Assembly (NCBI RefSeq): GCF_039654945.1
Contig: NW_027361788.1
Span: forward strand, 26,288,001-26,352,000
Source: Dendrobates tinctorius
Taxonomy: Eukaryota
Direction of reading: 5' to 3'
Length of the DNA: 64,000 nt
Below the pieces are notes generated by a model, which made no database searches, was not told where the DNA came from, and was given only the letters and a program-made list of their open reading frames with translations. This document shows, in pieces, positions 21,706 through 35,712 of the stretch; the stretch's first letter is position 1, and each line of letters begins with the position of its first letter. The position numbers and the translations under genes were made by a program.

Positions 21706-24700
21706 ACACATTGCTAAAAAAAATAAAGGCAACACTAAAATAGCACATCTTAGACATCATTACATAGTGGAATACGTTTAGAACAATAAAACTGATAAAA
21801 ATAATCAATGTAAATCAAAATTAATATCCCATGGAGGTCTGGATTTGGAATGATTCTCAAAGTCAAAGTGAAAAATCAAATTACAGGCTGATCCAACTTC
21901 ATCGGAAATGCCTCAAGACAAGGAAATGATGCTCAGTAGTGTGTGTGGCCTTTACGTGTCTGTATGACCTCCTTTCAATGCCTGTACACATTCCTGTGGA
22001 GTGGGCGGATGTGCTCCTTAGACTGGGATTACACTTGCGAGAAACTCGCACGAGTCTCATACCTCAATATCCGACACTGCCACCAGCACTCGGGACCGGA
22101 GTGTGCGGCAGCATGTATTTCTATGCAGCCGCACACTCCGGTCCTGAGTGCTGGCGGCAGTGCCGGATATTGAGGTGCGAGACTCGAGCGAGTTTCTCGC
22201 AAGTGTGATTCCGGCCTTAGGGTTCTCCTCCCAGATCTGGATTATAGCATCTGTCAACTCCTGGACTGTGGTACAACATAGTGTTAGTGAATGGAACAAG
22301 ACATGATGTCTCAGATGCGCTTGATTGGATTCAAGTCTGGGGAACGGGCAGGCTAGTCCATAGCATCAATGCATTCATCATACAGGAACTGCTGAAACAC
22401 TTCAGCCATGAGGCCTAGTATTGCCATGCATTAGAAGGAACCCAGGGCCTACTGAACCTGTACAGTCATATGTTAAAGTTTGGGCACCCCTATTAATGTT
22501 AACCTTTTTTCTTTATAACAATTTTGGTTTTTGCAACAGCTATTTCAGTTTCATATATCTAATAACTGATGGACTCAGTTATATTTCTAGATTCAAATGA
22601 GGTTTATTGTACTAACAGAAAATGTGCAATCTGCATTTAAACAAAATTTGACCGGTGCAAAAGTATGGGCACCCTTATCATTTTCTGGATTTTAACACTC
22701 CTAACTACTTTTTACTGACTTCCTGAAGCACTAAATTGGTTTTGTAACCTCATTGAGCTTTGAACTTCATAGCATCATGGGCTCCTCAAAACAACTCTCA
22801 AATGATCTGAAAACAAAGATTATTCAACATAGCTTTTCAGGGGAAGGATACAAAAAGTTGTCTCAGAGATTTAACCTGTCAGTTTCCACTGTGAGGAACA
22901 TAGTAAGGAAATGGAAGAACACAGGTACAGTTCTTGTTAAGCCCAGAAGTGGCAGGCCAAGAAAAATATCAGAAAGGCAGGGAAGAAGAATGGTGAGAAC
23001 AGTCAAGGACAATCCACAGACCACCTCCAAAGACCTGCAGCATCATCTTGCTGCAGATGGTGTCACTGTGCATCGGTCAACAATACAGTGCACTTTGCAC
23101 AAGGAGAAGCTGTATGGGAGAGTGATGCGAAAGAAGCCGTTTCTGCAAGCACGCCAGAAACAGAGTCAACTGAGGTATGCAAAAGCACATTTGGACAAGC
23201 CAGTTACATTTTGGAAGAAGGTCCTGTGGACTGATGAAACAAAGATTGAGTTGTTTGGTCATACAAAAAGGTGTTATGCATGGATGCTAAAAAACACAGC
23301 ATTCCAAGAAAAACACTTGCTACCTACAGTAAAATTTGGTGGAGGTTCCATCATGCTTTGGGGCTGTGTGGCCAATGCCGGCACTGGGAATCTTGTTAAA
23401 GTTGAGGGTCGCATGGATTCAACTCACTATCAGCAGATTCTTGACAATAATGTGCAAGAATCAGTGACGAAGTTGAAGTTACTCAGGGGGATGGATATTG
23501 CAGCAAGACAATTATCCAAAACACCGCTCCAAATCTACTCAGGCATTCATGCAGAGGAACAATTACAATGTTCTGGAATGGCCATCCCAGTGCCCAGACC
23601 TGAATATCATTGAACATCTGTGGGATGATTTGAAGTGGGCTGTCCATGCTCGGCGACCATCAAACTTAACTGAACTGGAATTGTTTTGTAAACAGGAATG
23701 GTAACAAATACTTTCATCCAGGATCCAGGAACTCATTAAAAGCTACAGGAAGCGACTAGAGGCTGTTATTTTTGCAAAAGGAGGATCTACGAAATATTAA
23801 TGTCACTTTAATGTTGAGGTGCCTATACTTTTGCACCGGTCAAATTTTGTTTAAATGCAGATTGCACCTTTTAAGTTAGTACAATAAACCTCAATTGAAA
23901 CCAGAAATATAACTGAGTCCATCAGTTATTAGATATATGAAACTGAAATAGCTGTTGCAAAAACCAAAATTGTTATAAAGAAAAAAGGTTAACATTAATA
24001 GGGGTGCCCAAACTTTAACATATGACTGTATATGGTCTCACAATAGGTCTGAGGATCTCATCCCAATAGGTAATGGCAGTCAGGTTACCTCTGGCTAGCA
24101 CATGGAAGGCTGTGCAGCCCTCCAAATAAATGCCTCCCCACACCATTACTGGCCCATTGCCAAACCAGTCATAATGGAGAATGTTGCAGGCAGCAAAACA
24201 TTCTCCACGACGTCTCCAGACTCTGTCACATGTGTTTGGCGTGAACATGCTCTCATTCGTGAAGAGTGCAGGCCGCTAATGCCGAATCTGCCAATCTTGG
24301 TATTCTCTGTCAAATGCCAATCGCTGTGCAAGGGTGTTGGGCTGTAAGCACAATACCCACTTGTGGACGCCCTCATACCACCCTCATGGAGTCAGTTTCT
24401 GACAGGTTGAGCAGACACATGGATGTCAGTGGCCTGCTGGAAATCATTTTGCAAGTCTTTGGTACTGCTCCTCCTTGCGCAAAGTAGGAAGTAGTGAGCC
24501 TGCTGCTGAGTTGTTGCCCTCCTATGGTCCCCTCCACGTCTCCTGGTGTACTGGTCTGTCTACTGGTAGCTGCTCCATGCTCTGGACAGTGTGCTGACAG
24601 ACACAGCTACTCTTCTTGCCCCAGTTCGCATTGATGTGCCATCTTAAATGAGCTGCACTACCTGAGCAACTTCTGTGGTTTGTAGATATCGCCTAATGCT

Positions 24701-24975
24701 ACTGTACAGTACCTCTAGTTGTGAGAGCAATGACAAAATGCAAAAGTGACCAAAAAAACAGTCAAGAAGGAAGAGAACAGAGAAATGGTCTGTGGTCACC
24801 CCCTGCAGAATCATCAGTATATAGGGGTTGTGTGGCTAACTGCCTATCATTTCTACCTGTTGTATGTCCCTATTGCACAACAGCAGGAGAAATTGATTCA
24901 CAATTGGTGTTCCTTCATAACTGGACAGGCTACTTTCACAGAAGTGTGATGGACTGGAATTACGCTGCGTGTATA
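21706..24975 (-). mobile_element. Old Tc1 relic hosting a MITE (22021-22216) and a younger Tc1 (22463-24028)
   Basis: Remnants DRVWRRRGECFAACNI...GPVMVWGGI...YWDEILRPIVRPY and TVQELTDAIIQIWEE; MITE has TTA TSD. Confidence 0.7.
22463..24028 (+). mobile_element. Full-length IR/DR-type Tc1 transposon with disabled transposase (ATG 22777 to ~23800)
   Basis: TA|CAGTCATATGTTAAAGTTTGGGCACCCC ... GGGGTGCCCAAACTTTAACATATGACTG|TA, ~210-bp TIRs; frameshift near 23490 and stop at 23702. Confidence 0.93.
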
Positions 24976-27122
24976 AATATAATACGTTGTGTATATTAGG
25001 TGATACTAACCTGGTAAGGATGTGAATCAATCAACAATGAAGGAGCATGAATATCTAGCTACTGCAAGTCCACAGGTCATCCGACCATAACCACGCATGT
25101 AGAAATCTGAGCTGCTGATAATTGGAAATGCAGATCCAAAGCCAGTAGCTGTAATGTGTTTTTTAATTGACGCGTTTTGAAGTATACACACTTCCTCCCC
25201 AGGATATAACCGCATAATTAAAAAAAACATTAATACAGCTCCTGGCTTTGGATCTTCATTTCCACTTAGCAGCAGAGGAGAAAAAAATCCATGAGTTCTG
25301 AACTACCTCTTTAAAAGATGTTTCTCAATGGCTAAAATTATTTTTATTAAAAGGGCTCAGATTGTTTAATAAACATTAATAGTCTCCTTCATTAATCTCT
25401 TGAAGGCACTAATTATTGGCTCTGTTTGGGTAATTCCAAAGTGTCGAGATGAGACCACAAAGTAGTGACTTGCAGGGACCGATCATGAATCTAAACAAGA
25501 GCTGTAGGGGATCAGTGAAATCTGAAGAGTCCTTAGTGTGAACTAGTCAACAATATAAGCGGACTCTGCTTCATGATACTGTAGGGTAAATAGGTGGAGC
25601 AGCGGTCAGCGTGTGTTCTGGGGGCGATTATTACAGTGGATAAAGGGCTTGTCCCCAGCATTACTGCATCTGCCTGGAGGCATCATGGTGTCATACAGAC
25701 TGTCTGCAGACAGCTTAGCGATTCAATGACAGAGAACAACACCTCTGTGGGAACAGGAAGAAGGGAGACCCTCGCCGCATCCTCTGTACACAAGGCCCCT
25801 CCCAAACAAGGGTACGCAAGATCTGCTCTGTCACGGATAATGCAATTCTGCAACATCCCACCGGGGTTGGAATGTTAAATTTACAGCCGCACGTGGGAAA
25901 AGGTGCTGTACTTGTACCCTTATCATGTCTGACTACTGCCTGTACTTACAAATCAACCACATCCATCTAGACCGCACAGCTTTCATCTAGCAGGTGCCAT
26001 TCACCGAAGGCATTCTGGGCTGGTCAGTAGCAGTGTTGGGTCACAGGGCAGAACTCTTCTACAATTCCCAATTCATTCAGGGAGCGAAGGAGAAACACGA
26101 AACATCTTCACTGTAAAACACATTTAATGTTTCTTTGATTTAAGAGAAATCCTAACCATTTGGAGGGAATGAGGGGGGTCAGTGACCCTATTACTACACT
26201 AACTGCTGTGTTACAGGAACAGCCTCCAAAAAAAGCATCAAAGCCTAATGATCACGATTCCAGGTGCCACCTGGCGAGATTTCAGACAGAAGGCAAGGAA
26301 TAATGGGAGCTGGGTTTAGAAACAGACTGGCACCCAATAAGCCAACATATAAGATAGATGGGTTGACATTTCTTTTAATGACAGAGTTGGGCACCTATAT
26401 TTTGAAATTCAATATGAGAGTGGAGGCATCTACAGTGGCAAACCGTTAATATTTTTGTAATCAGATTTGTGTGATGCATCAGCACTAAATAGTCTAAGTT
26501 GGTGAAGTGAGAAAAATACAACCCCTGGCAAAAATTACGTAATCACCGGCCTTGGAGGATGTTCATTCAGTTGTTTAATTTTGTAGAAAAGAAGCAGATC
26601 ACAGACATGGCACAAAACTAAAGTCAATTCAAAATGGCAAATTTCTGGCTTTAAGAAACACTAAAAGAAAACAAGAACAAAAAGTGTGGTAGTCAGTAAT
26701 GGTTACTTTTTCAAACCAAACATAGGGAAAAAATTATGGAAACACTCAATTCTGAGGAAAAAATTATGGAATCACCCTGTAAATTTTCATTCCCAAAACT
26801 AACACCTGCATCAAATTAGATCTGCTTGTTAGTCTGCATCTAAAAAGGAATGAGCACACCTTGGAGAGTTGTTGCACCAAGTGGACTAACATGAATCATG
26901 GCTCCAACACGAGAGATGTCAATTGAAACAAAGAAGAAGCTTATCAAACTCTTAAAAGAGGGTAAATCATCACGCAGTGTTGCAAAAGATGTTGGTTGTT
27001 CACAGTCAGCTGTGCCTAAAATCTAGACCAAATACAAACAACATGGGAAGGTTGTTAAAGGCAAACATACTGGTAGACCAAGGAAGACATCAAAGCGTCA
27101 AGACCAGAAACTTAAAGCAATA

Positions 27123-28659
27123 CTAGCTATGAACCCGTTCTACGCCCGGGTGGCGGGCATTTTTATTGCTATATGGGCTCCCATCCTGGTATGTGCTGCA
27201 CCCCTCATCCCTATACTGGTATGTATTGTACCCTTACCCCCCAAATCCTGGTATGCATGGTACCCCCTAATCCATATACTGGTATTCATGGCTCCCTCAC
27301 CCCCCAATCCTGGTATGCATGGCACCCCCTCACCCCTATCGCGATATGCATAGTGCCCTCACCCCCCAATCCTGGTATGCATGGTCCTCTCAACCCCTCA
27401 ATCCTGGTATGCATGGTCCTCTCACCCCCCAATCCTGGTATGCATGGTCCTCTCACCCCCCTATCCTGGTATGCATGGTCCCCTCACCCCCCTATCCTGG
27501 TATGCATGGTGCCCTCACTCCCCAATTCTGGTATGCATGGTCCCTTCACCCACTTATCCTGGTATGCATGGTCCTCTCACCCCCCAATCCTGGTATGCAT
27601 GGTCCTCTCACCCCCCAATCCTGGTATGCATGGTCCTCTCACCCCCCAATCCTGGTATGCATGGCCCCCTCAACCCCCTATCCTGGTATGCATGGCCCCC
27701 TCAACCCCCTATCCTGGTATGCATGGTCCCCTCACCACCCAATCCTGGTATGCATGGTCCCCTCACCCCCCAATCCTGGTATGCATGGTCCTGTCACCTT
27801 CCAATCCTGGTATGCATGGTCCTCTCACCCCCCTATCCTGGTATGCATGGTCCTCTCACCCCCCTATCCTGGTATGCATGGTCCCCTCATCCCCCTATCC
27901 TGGTATGCATGGTCCCCTCACCCCCTTTTGTGGTATGCATGGTCCCCTCACCCCCCTATCCTGGTATGCATGGTCCCCTCACCCCCTTTTGTGGTATGCA
28001 TGGTCCCCTCACCCCCAATCCTAGTATGCATGGTCCCCTCACCCCCCCTATCCTTGTATGCATGGTGCCCTCACCCCCCAATCCTGATATGCATGGTCCC
28101 CTCACCCCCCTTTCATGGTATGCATGGTCCCCTCACCCCTTTTTGTGGTATACATGGTCCCCTCACCCCTCAAAACTGATATGAATGGTCCCCCTCACCC
28201 CTATTAAACTGCACACATTAAAAAAAACAAAACATTTATACTCACCTTTCTTCCCTATGTCCAGCACTGTCCTGTCTGGGCGTGTTGTGGTGCCGGACTC
28301 GGTGCCTGCGCAGTCCTGGCTTTCCGCCGCCATGTTCTTGAAGACACACTGCAGTGTGTGTTCAACAAGATGGCGGCGGTAAGCGCGGACTGTGCAGGCG
28401 CTGATTCCAGCGCTACAACACGCCCACTCCAGACACCTGAAGACGCAAGACCCCGCCGGCAACAGCAACACCGGGTTCGGTAAGGTGTTGCTGAGATCGC
28501 GGTATGCGTTCAGTGCTTACACATTGCCGCGATCTCCTGGGGGTCTGTGTCACTCTGTGGGGGATGCGTCACTCTGGGTCCAGACTGCGCAGGCGCGTCG
28601 TGCTTGCGCAGTCTATAGAGGCTTCAGACAGAGTGACGCTTAGCCCATTATATTATAGA
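27123..28659 (-). mobile_element. Non-autonomous Helitron
   Basis: Minus strand begins TCTATAATATAA and ends CCCGGGCGTAGAACGGG-TTCATAG-CTAG (GC hairpin + CTAG); inserted between A and T without TSD; removal restores transposase codons KAI|CLQNRK. Confidence 0.9.
27175..28200. repeat. ~32-bp minisatellite (about 30 copies) inside the Helitron
   Basis: Unit ATCCTGGTATGCATGGTCCYCTCACCCCCCW. Confidence 0.95.
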
Positions 28660-31600
28660 TGTCTCCAAAACAGGAAATGCACAACAAAACAAATGAAGAA
28701 TGAAAGGGAGAAAACTGGAGTCAATGTCTGTGACTGAACTGTAAGAAACCGCATAAAGGAAATGAGATTTACAGACAGAAAAGCTAAACGAAAGCCATCA
28801 TTAACACCTAAACAGAAAAAAACAATGTTACAATGGGCTAAGGAAAAGCAATCGTGGACTGTGGATGACTGGATGAAAGTCATATTCATAGATGAATCGT
28901 GGATATGCATTGGGCAAGGTGATGATGCTGGAACTTTTGTTTGGTGCCGCTCCAATGAGATTTATAAAGATAACTGCCTGAAGAGATCATACAAATTTCC
29001 ACAGTCATTGATGATATGGGGCTGCATGTCAGGTAAAGGCACTGGGGAGATGGCTGTCATTGCATCTTCAATAAATACACAAGTTTATGTTGATATTTTG
29101 GACACTTTTCTTATCCCATTAATTGAAAGGATGTTTGGGGATAATGAAATCATTTTTCAAGATGATAATGCATCCTGCCATAGAGCAAAAACTGTGAAAA
29201 TATTCCTAAAAAAAAGACACATAAGGTCAATGTCATGGCCTGCAAATAGTCCGGATCTCAATCCAATTGAAAATCTTTGGTGGAAGTTGAAGAAAATGGT
29301 CCATGACAAGGCTCCAACCTGCAAAGCTGATCTGGCAACAGCAATCAGAGAAAGTTGGAGTCAGATTGATGAAGAGTACTGTTTGACACTCATTAAGTCC
29401 ATGCCTCAGAGACTGCAAGCTGTTATAAAAGCCAGAGGTGGTGCAACAATATACTAGTGATGTATTGGAGTGTTTTTTTGTTGGTTTGTTTTTCATGATT
29501 CCATAATTTTTTCCTCAGAATTGAGTGATTCCATAATTTTTTCCCTATGTTTGGTTTAAAAAAGTAACCATTACTGACTACCACATTTTCTGTTCTTGAT
29601 TTCTTTTAGTACTTCTTAAAGCCAGAAAGTCGCCATTTGAATTAACTTTAGTTTTGTGCCATGTCTGTGATCTGCTTCTTTTCTACAAAATTAAACAACT
29701 GAATGAACATCCTCCAAGGCCGGTGATCCATAATTTTTGCCAGGGCTTGTATAGGCATAAATTAAATATATGGGATCAAATAACTACAAATTGGCAAGGG
29801 GCATATGTATTCACCCCTTTTGACATGAAGCCCCTACAAAATTTTTGTGCAATCAATTCCCTTCATAAGTCACATACTTAGTGACAGATCGTCACTTATA
29901 TACACATTATCTTTTCTGAAAGGCCACAGAGGCTGCAACACCATTAACAAGAGGCACCACTAACCAAATACCATGAAGACCAAGGAGATGTCCAAACAAG
30001 CCAGGGACAAAGTTGTTGAAAGTACCAATCAGGGTTAGGCTATAAAAAAATATCCCAATCTCTGATGATCCCGGGGCACCATCAAATCTATTATCATCAA
30101 ATGGAAAGAACATGGTACCACAACAAATCTGCCAAGAGAGGGCGCTCACCAAAACTCTCATCCTGGGCAAGGGGGGCATTAATCAGAGAGGAAGCAAAGA
30201 GACCAAAGGTAACCCTGAAGGAGCTGCAACATTCCCAAGCAAAGTCTGGAGTATCTGTCCATACGACCACAATAAGCCACACACTGCATATAGGTGGCCT
30301 TTATGGAAGAGTGGGCAGAAAACACCAAGGCTACTTACCAGTAGCCAGTTTTTCTGGAACCCATGAGAGCACACCTTAGAGAGGGATCTGCCCAGCACGG
30401 ATAGGAAACCTACTGAAATAAAAGGGTGGTACCTCTCCCTTGCTTCAGTTGGGATATAGAGCATGAGAGGCCCTCCGGTTAGTTTACACGGAAAACCAAC
30501 ACCACATTATATCAACAAAAGACACCCAAACTATAGTGCACACCCAAGAGGTGAGAAGGGGGGGAATATATGGGTGCTGTCATGGGTTCTGGAAAAAACG
30601 GATACCGGTAAGTAACCTTTGTGTTTTCCCTTCACCCATGACAACACACCTGAATGATTTTTGGAGAAATGAAAACAACTTAGGGAGGGACTACCACTTG
30701 CAGCACCCTTCTACCAAAGGTTAGGTTTGCCGAGGAAGACAGATTCAGTCTGTAGTGCTTAAAAGAAAGTAGATGGTGAGGCCAAGGTAGCGGCCTTACA
30801 GATCTGATCAATCGATACCTCCGCCTTTTCTGCCCAGGAATTGGCCATGGCTCTGGTGGAGTGTGCCTTGATGCCTTCAGGAACCTGAGCGCCACTCGCA
30901 CAGTAGGATAAGCTAATGGGCTCCCTGATCCATCTGGCAAGGGTACCTTTAGATACCCCATAACCCTTTCTGCTACCCTGGAAGGCTATGACAAGGGACT
31001 GATCTTTCCTCCATTGACTAGTCATGGACATGTACTCTAAGATGGACCTCCTCACGTCTAAAGTATGGAATTTTTCCTCCCCTGGATTTTTAGGGATATC
31101 GCAGAGCGAGGGTAAGGTGATCTCCTGGCTACTATGGAATTTAAGACTTACTTTGGGGAGATAAGCTACGGGCTGATGTTAAGGCCACTAGCAACACCGT
31201 TTTGGGCGTGAGGAATTTCACAGATAACTCCTGTAAGGGCTTCAATGGTCCCCTAGTTAGCGCCTCTAAAACTAGGTTCAGGTCCTATGGAGGAATTTTC
31301 AGAACTATAACTGGTCTAGATCAACTACAGGATTTAATAAACCGGGACACCCATCTATTGGATGCTAGGTTGCAATTATACAAGGCACCCAAGGCCGACA
31401 ACTGTACCTTGAGAGTATTAGTTGCTAACCCCAGTTGCAATCCCGACTGTAGAAATTCTAGAATGGCCCCTACCAGAGCTGCATCCTCCAAGGGCTGCCC
31501 TAAAAACCCCAGGAATTTCTTCCATGTTCTACCATAGTTCTTTGATGTAATCGGCTTCTTACTTTTCTACAAGGTGGAGACTAGCCCTGGTGAGAATCCC

Positions 31601-31786
31601 TGCCGACTCAGTAACGCCCTCTCAAATTCCATGTTGCCACATGGAAGCCCTTCACTTGAGAGTGGCATACTGGTCCCTGGGTAAGCAGGTCCGGGATCTC
31701 TGGTAGAATACATGGATCGGTAACAGACATCCACCTTAGAAGGGAGAACCACGGTCTCCCCGGCCAAAATGGAGCAATGAGAAATA

Positions 31787-32608
31787 CTGTATTTTGAAGG
31801 ACTGTAAGACACTTTTCCCCCAAAATATCTTGGGGGAAAATGGGTGTGTGTCTTCTAGTCAGAATATACTTACAAAATACTGTGGAGGTGGTCCACGTCC
31901 GACGCTGCAGGGCGATGTAGCCTCCCTTCCCAGACTGGTGCGGTAGAAGTGCTGTGGGGCGGCGGTCGTGTTCTGTGGTGCGGGGGGGCTCCGCCAGCAA
32001 TTTCTGAAAGCCCAGAGGCTCCCGCAGATCCATTGCTGCGATGCGGTGGCCTCCGGGAAAATGGCCACCGAGGCGGCGAATGCTCAGATTAAGATCTCGG
32101 CACCAAGATCTCGCCCTGAGATCTCGTGAGACGAGCTCTTAGGACAACATCTCAATCTGAGCATACACCGCCCCCTGCGGACATTTTCTCGGGAGGCCAC
32201 CGCATCGTAGCAATGGATCTGTGGGGCCTCCGGGCTTTCACAAAATGCCGGCGGAGCCCCACATGCATACTCAGAGCATCACAGAGGATCTGCACCACTG
32301 TGCCACACCTGTCGCAAAATGCCGGTGAAGCCCCACTGCACCAAGGCCGAACCTGTCGCAAAATACCGGCGGAACCACTGGGAACCCCAGAGCACCACCG
32401 CCGCACCAGCCTGGGATAGGATTTACTGGAGGCCACCACACCAGCCTGGACCACTGAACAACCCCTGTGATCACTCCTCCACCTGTGCCAATCCACTAGC
32501 TAGTAAGATGAATTCAGACTGTAAGATGGACCACCACTTGACACATTATTTTTTCCCCTATTTTCCTTCTGAAAATTTGGGGTGCGTCTTATAGTCCGAA
32601 AAATACGG
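31787..32608. mobile_element. Non-autonomous Tc2/pogo-type element nested in DIRS
   Basis: TA|CTGTATTTTGAAGGACTGTAAGAC ... GTCTTATAGTCCGAAAAATACGG|TA; removal rejoins DIRS peptide EDQARV|FLIAPFW. Confidence 0.8.
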
Positions 32609-33376
32609 TACTCTCGCCTGATCCTCTCTGATCTTTCTCATGACCGCTGGAATCATCGCTATCGGGGAAAACACGTAGGCCATACTGAATTTCCAAGGTG
32701 TCTGAAGGGCATTTACCGCAAATGGATTTTCCCTTAGCTTTAACAAGCAAAAGTTCCTCACTTTCCTGTTGTGTAAACTGGCAAACAGATCTATCTCCGG
32801 CATGCCCCATGCCTGCGCTATTTGCTGGAAAACTTCAGGATTTAGAGACCATTCTCCCTGTCTTAGTTTCTTGCGACTCAGGAAGTCCGCTTTCGTATTT
32901 TCTATACCCCTTATGTGACGTGCCGTAAGAGAGGGCAAGTGTTGTTCTGCTACCTGGAGCAAGATGTTTGCTGCCCCCATAAGGGTATGGGACTTCATTA
33001 CCCCTGGTGGTTGATATAAGCTACCACTGTGCGATTGTCTGACATGACCAGGGCATGGCGACCCCGGAGGAAGGGGAGAAAGTGTCCTAAGGCTCTTTCC
33101 ACAACCCCTTTAAGTTTGAACCCTCATCTCTTTCTAGAGGAGACCAGGTTCTCTGCACTGAGTAGGACCTCAGATGTGCTCCCCATCTAGTACCGCTTGC
33201 GACTGTCGTATTAACATCCTCCACCGGCCTCAACCACTGGACCCCTGATGCCAAATGCTCTCTTATTGTCCATCAGGCAAGGGAGTCTCTTACAGCTAAG
33301 GAAAAATGTACTTTTCCCTCTAAATGCCCTTTTAAAGACCTCTGTGTCATCAGGACCTCCCACTGTAGCTGCCTTA

Positions 33377-33835
33377 AGGCCCCGTCACACACAGCAATCT
33401 CGCTAGCGAGATCGCTGATTTTGTGATGCCACAGTGATCTCACCAGCGAGATCGCTGTGTGTGTGACGGGGATCAGCGACCGGCCCCCCTGCCGGGTATC
33501 GCTGATCGTGCACGGCCGTTTTTTGATCGTTGCTCTCCCTCTGGCCAGCGCGCATCGCTGCGTGTGGCAGCGGGAGCCAACGGTCAGCGAGGCTCCCAGC
33601 GCTCTAAGCAGGCGCTGGGAGCAGGTTTCTAAGGTACACATCGGGTTACTAAGTGACGCGCATCACTTAGTAACCCGATGTGTACCTTAGAAACCAGCGT
33701 CCTCGCTGGTGCTGATCGCTGGTGAAGCTGCCTGTTTGGCAGCTCACCAGTGATCATGTAGCGATGCACCAGCGATCCTGACAAGGTCGTATCGTTGTGG
33801 GGATCGCTGGTGCATCGTTGAGTGTAACGGGGCCT
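33377..33835. mobile_element. Harbinger-type MITE nested in DIRS
   Basis: TTA|AGGCCCCGTCACAC ... GTGTAACGGGGCCT|TTA; removal restores QFHL|RQLQW. Confidence 0.85.
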
Positions 33836-35133
33836 TTAGGTGAAACTGTGCCCGTCTTACTGCCGGTATACAGGATGTTCGCCATCCTAGCAAGGACATC
33901 ACCTTCCTTAATATCATTATAGGCTGCTGCCTTGCTGATAGTCAAAATAATGGTACTGGCACTATCTTGTTCTCTGGTAGGAGACAGACCTGGCGCTTGG
34001 AGTCCAGAGCCAACCTCAGGAAGGATTGCATCTTTTCCAGTCTTTGCTTTGACTTGAGAGTATTTATCACCCAGCCTAGCTCCTTTAGGGCCACCGTCAC
34101 TTCCCTCACTTGTTCTATACAGTGATCTTCTGACCTCCCGACTATAAGGAAGTCGTCCAGGTACGGGATGATAAAGCCCCGAGAACGAAGGTAGGCCATC
34201 ACTTCCGACATTACCTTGGTAAACACCTTTGGGGCCACTGACAGACCGAACGGGAGGGCTGCATACTGATAGTGCCTGACCTGTCCCTGTCCCTGGACAT
34301 ACAGAGCCACCCTTAGGAACTTTTGATGGCCCCAATGGATTGGGATGTGCTAAGAGGACTTTGCACAGAACCCGCTCTTGCTCCAGTCCCAAAATCTCCT
34401 GGTGATTTCCTGTGGGGTGTTGACATAAATGTCTGCCGGGGTGGATGGAAGAAGTCTATCATTAGACCGTCCTTGATGACACTTAGGATCCAGCGACTGG
34501 GGCAGATGTTCACCCAGGCAGGGAGGAAGAGAGTCTCCTCCCTACCTCTGACCTGACGTCATTGGGGGGGGCTTTTCTGATGATGTAGAGGGTCCTCTGA
34601 ACATATATCCAGGCCCCTAACTGTCTTTGAAGTCCCAGCTCTTTCCTTCTCCCGGTGGGACGACCCCTATTAAATTTTCTCCTCCGAAAAGGCTTCCTAG
34701 CCTCCCCCGGGAAACAGGGAAACCCTTTCTTATCCCCTGCCTTCTCTAAGATGTCCTCTAGTTCCTGACTAAAGAGAAACTGTCCGTCACCTGGGATGGA
34801 GCAGAGTCTATTTTTCGAAGGCAGGTCTCCCAAACACCCTTCTAGCCACAAGGCCCGTCTAGCCGCATTGGATAGGCTTGCCACCCTAGCTGCCAATCTC
34901 ACAGAGTCTGCTGATGAATCTGCTAGGAAAGCCGCTGCTCCATGCAACAGAGTCATACTGGCCAAGATTTCATCTCTTGGAACCTTACTCTTCAGCTGTT
35001 TCTCCATCTTTTGCAGGCAGACCACAAGGGAGCGGGCAATACACGTCCCTACTATTGCCGGCTTCCGACCCTCTGCGGCGGCTTCCCAGGTGTGCCTCAG
35101 GAACCATCTGCTTTTTTATCTAATGGGTCTCTA

Positions 35134-35521
35134 AGGGCCCCGTTACATTTAGCGATGCACCAGCGATCCCGACCATGATATGACCCGGTCAGGATCGCTG
35201 GTGCATCGCTAAATGCTCGCTCGTGAGCTGCCAAACAGGCAGATCTCAGCAGCGACGCAACAGCGGTCGTTACTTACCTGTCAGACGCGGCAATGATGAC
35301 GTCCTCCGCCCGCGTCCATGAGTCGCTCGTTGGCACCAGCAGGAAGCCGCCGGCGAGAAACGACCCAGGACGTTCTCGCGCGATCAGCGTTAGCCAGCGG
35401 GGGAGCCGGTCGGAGGTAAGTATCACATGTAGCGATAAAGCTAGCAATATCGCTGCTGCGCCACAAAATCAGTGACGCTTTAGCGATATTGCTAGCGATA
35501 TCGCCATGTGTAAAGCCCCCT
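35134..35521. mobile_element. Harbinger-type MITE nested in DIRS gag (relative at 49841-50244)
   Basis: AGGGCCCCGTTACA...TGTAAAGCCCCCT with TWA-like flanks; removal restores SGTL|RDPLDKKAD. Confidence 0.75.
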
Positions 35522-35712
35522 TTAGCGTGCCGGAGTCCTCCAAGGGCAAGGACAATTTTTTAGATGACTTAGCTACTGCCCAGTCGATCTTAGGGATTTT
35601 ATCCCAATCTTCCGAATCCTTTTCCTCAAAGTGGAAAATGAAGATGAGGGCAGGCTACCGGACCTCTCTGACTTCTTCCACTCCTTCTCTATGAGCGCCT
35701 TTATCCTAGTGT

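Larger units (their letters stand above)
26519..29749 (+). mobile_element. Minos-like DD34E Tc1 transposon with long TIRs; transposase (26898-29457) split by a Helitron
   Basis: TA|CAACCCCTGGCAAAAATTA ... TAATTTTTGCCAGGGCTTG|TA; MAPTREMSIETK N-terminus; FIDESW, QDDNASCH...SPDLNPIE; internal stops. Confidence 0.9.

Noticed and set aside
27173-28184. Three overlapping Pro-rich ORFs of ~270-290 aa
   Set aside because: Translations of the 32-bp Helitron minisatellite cycling through frames
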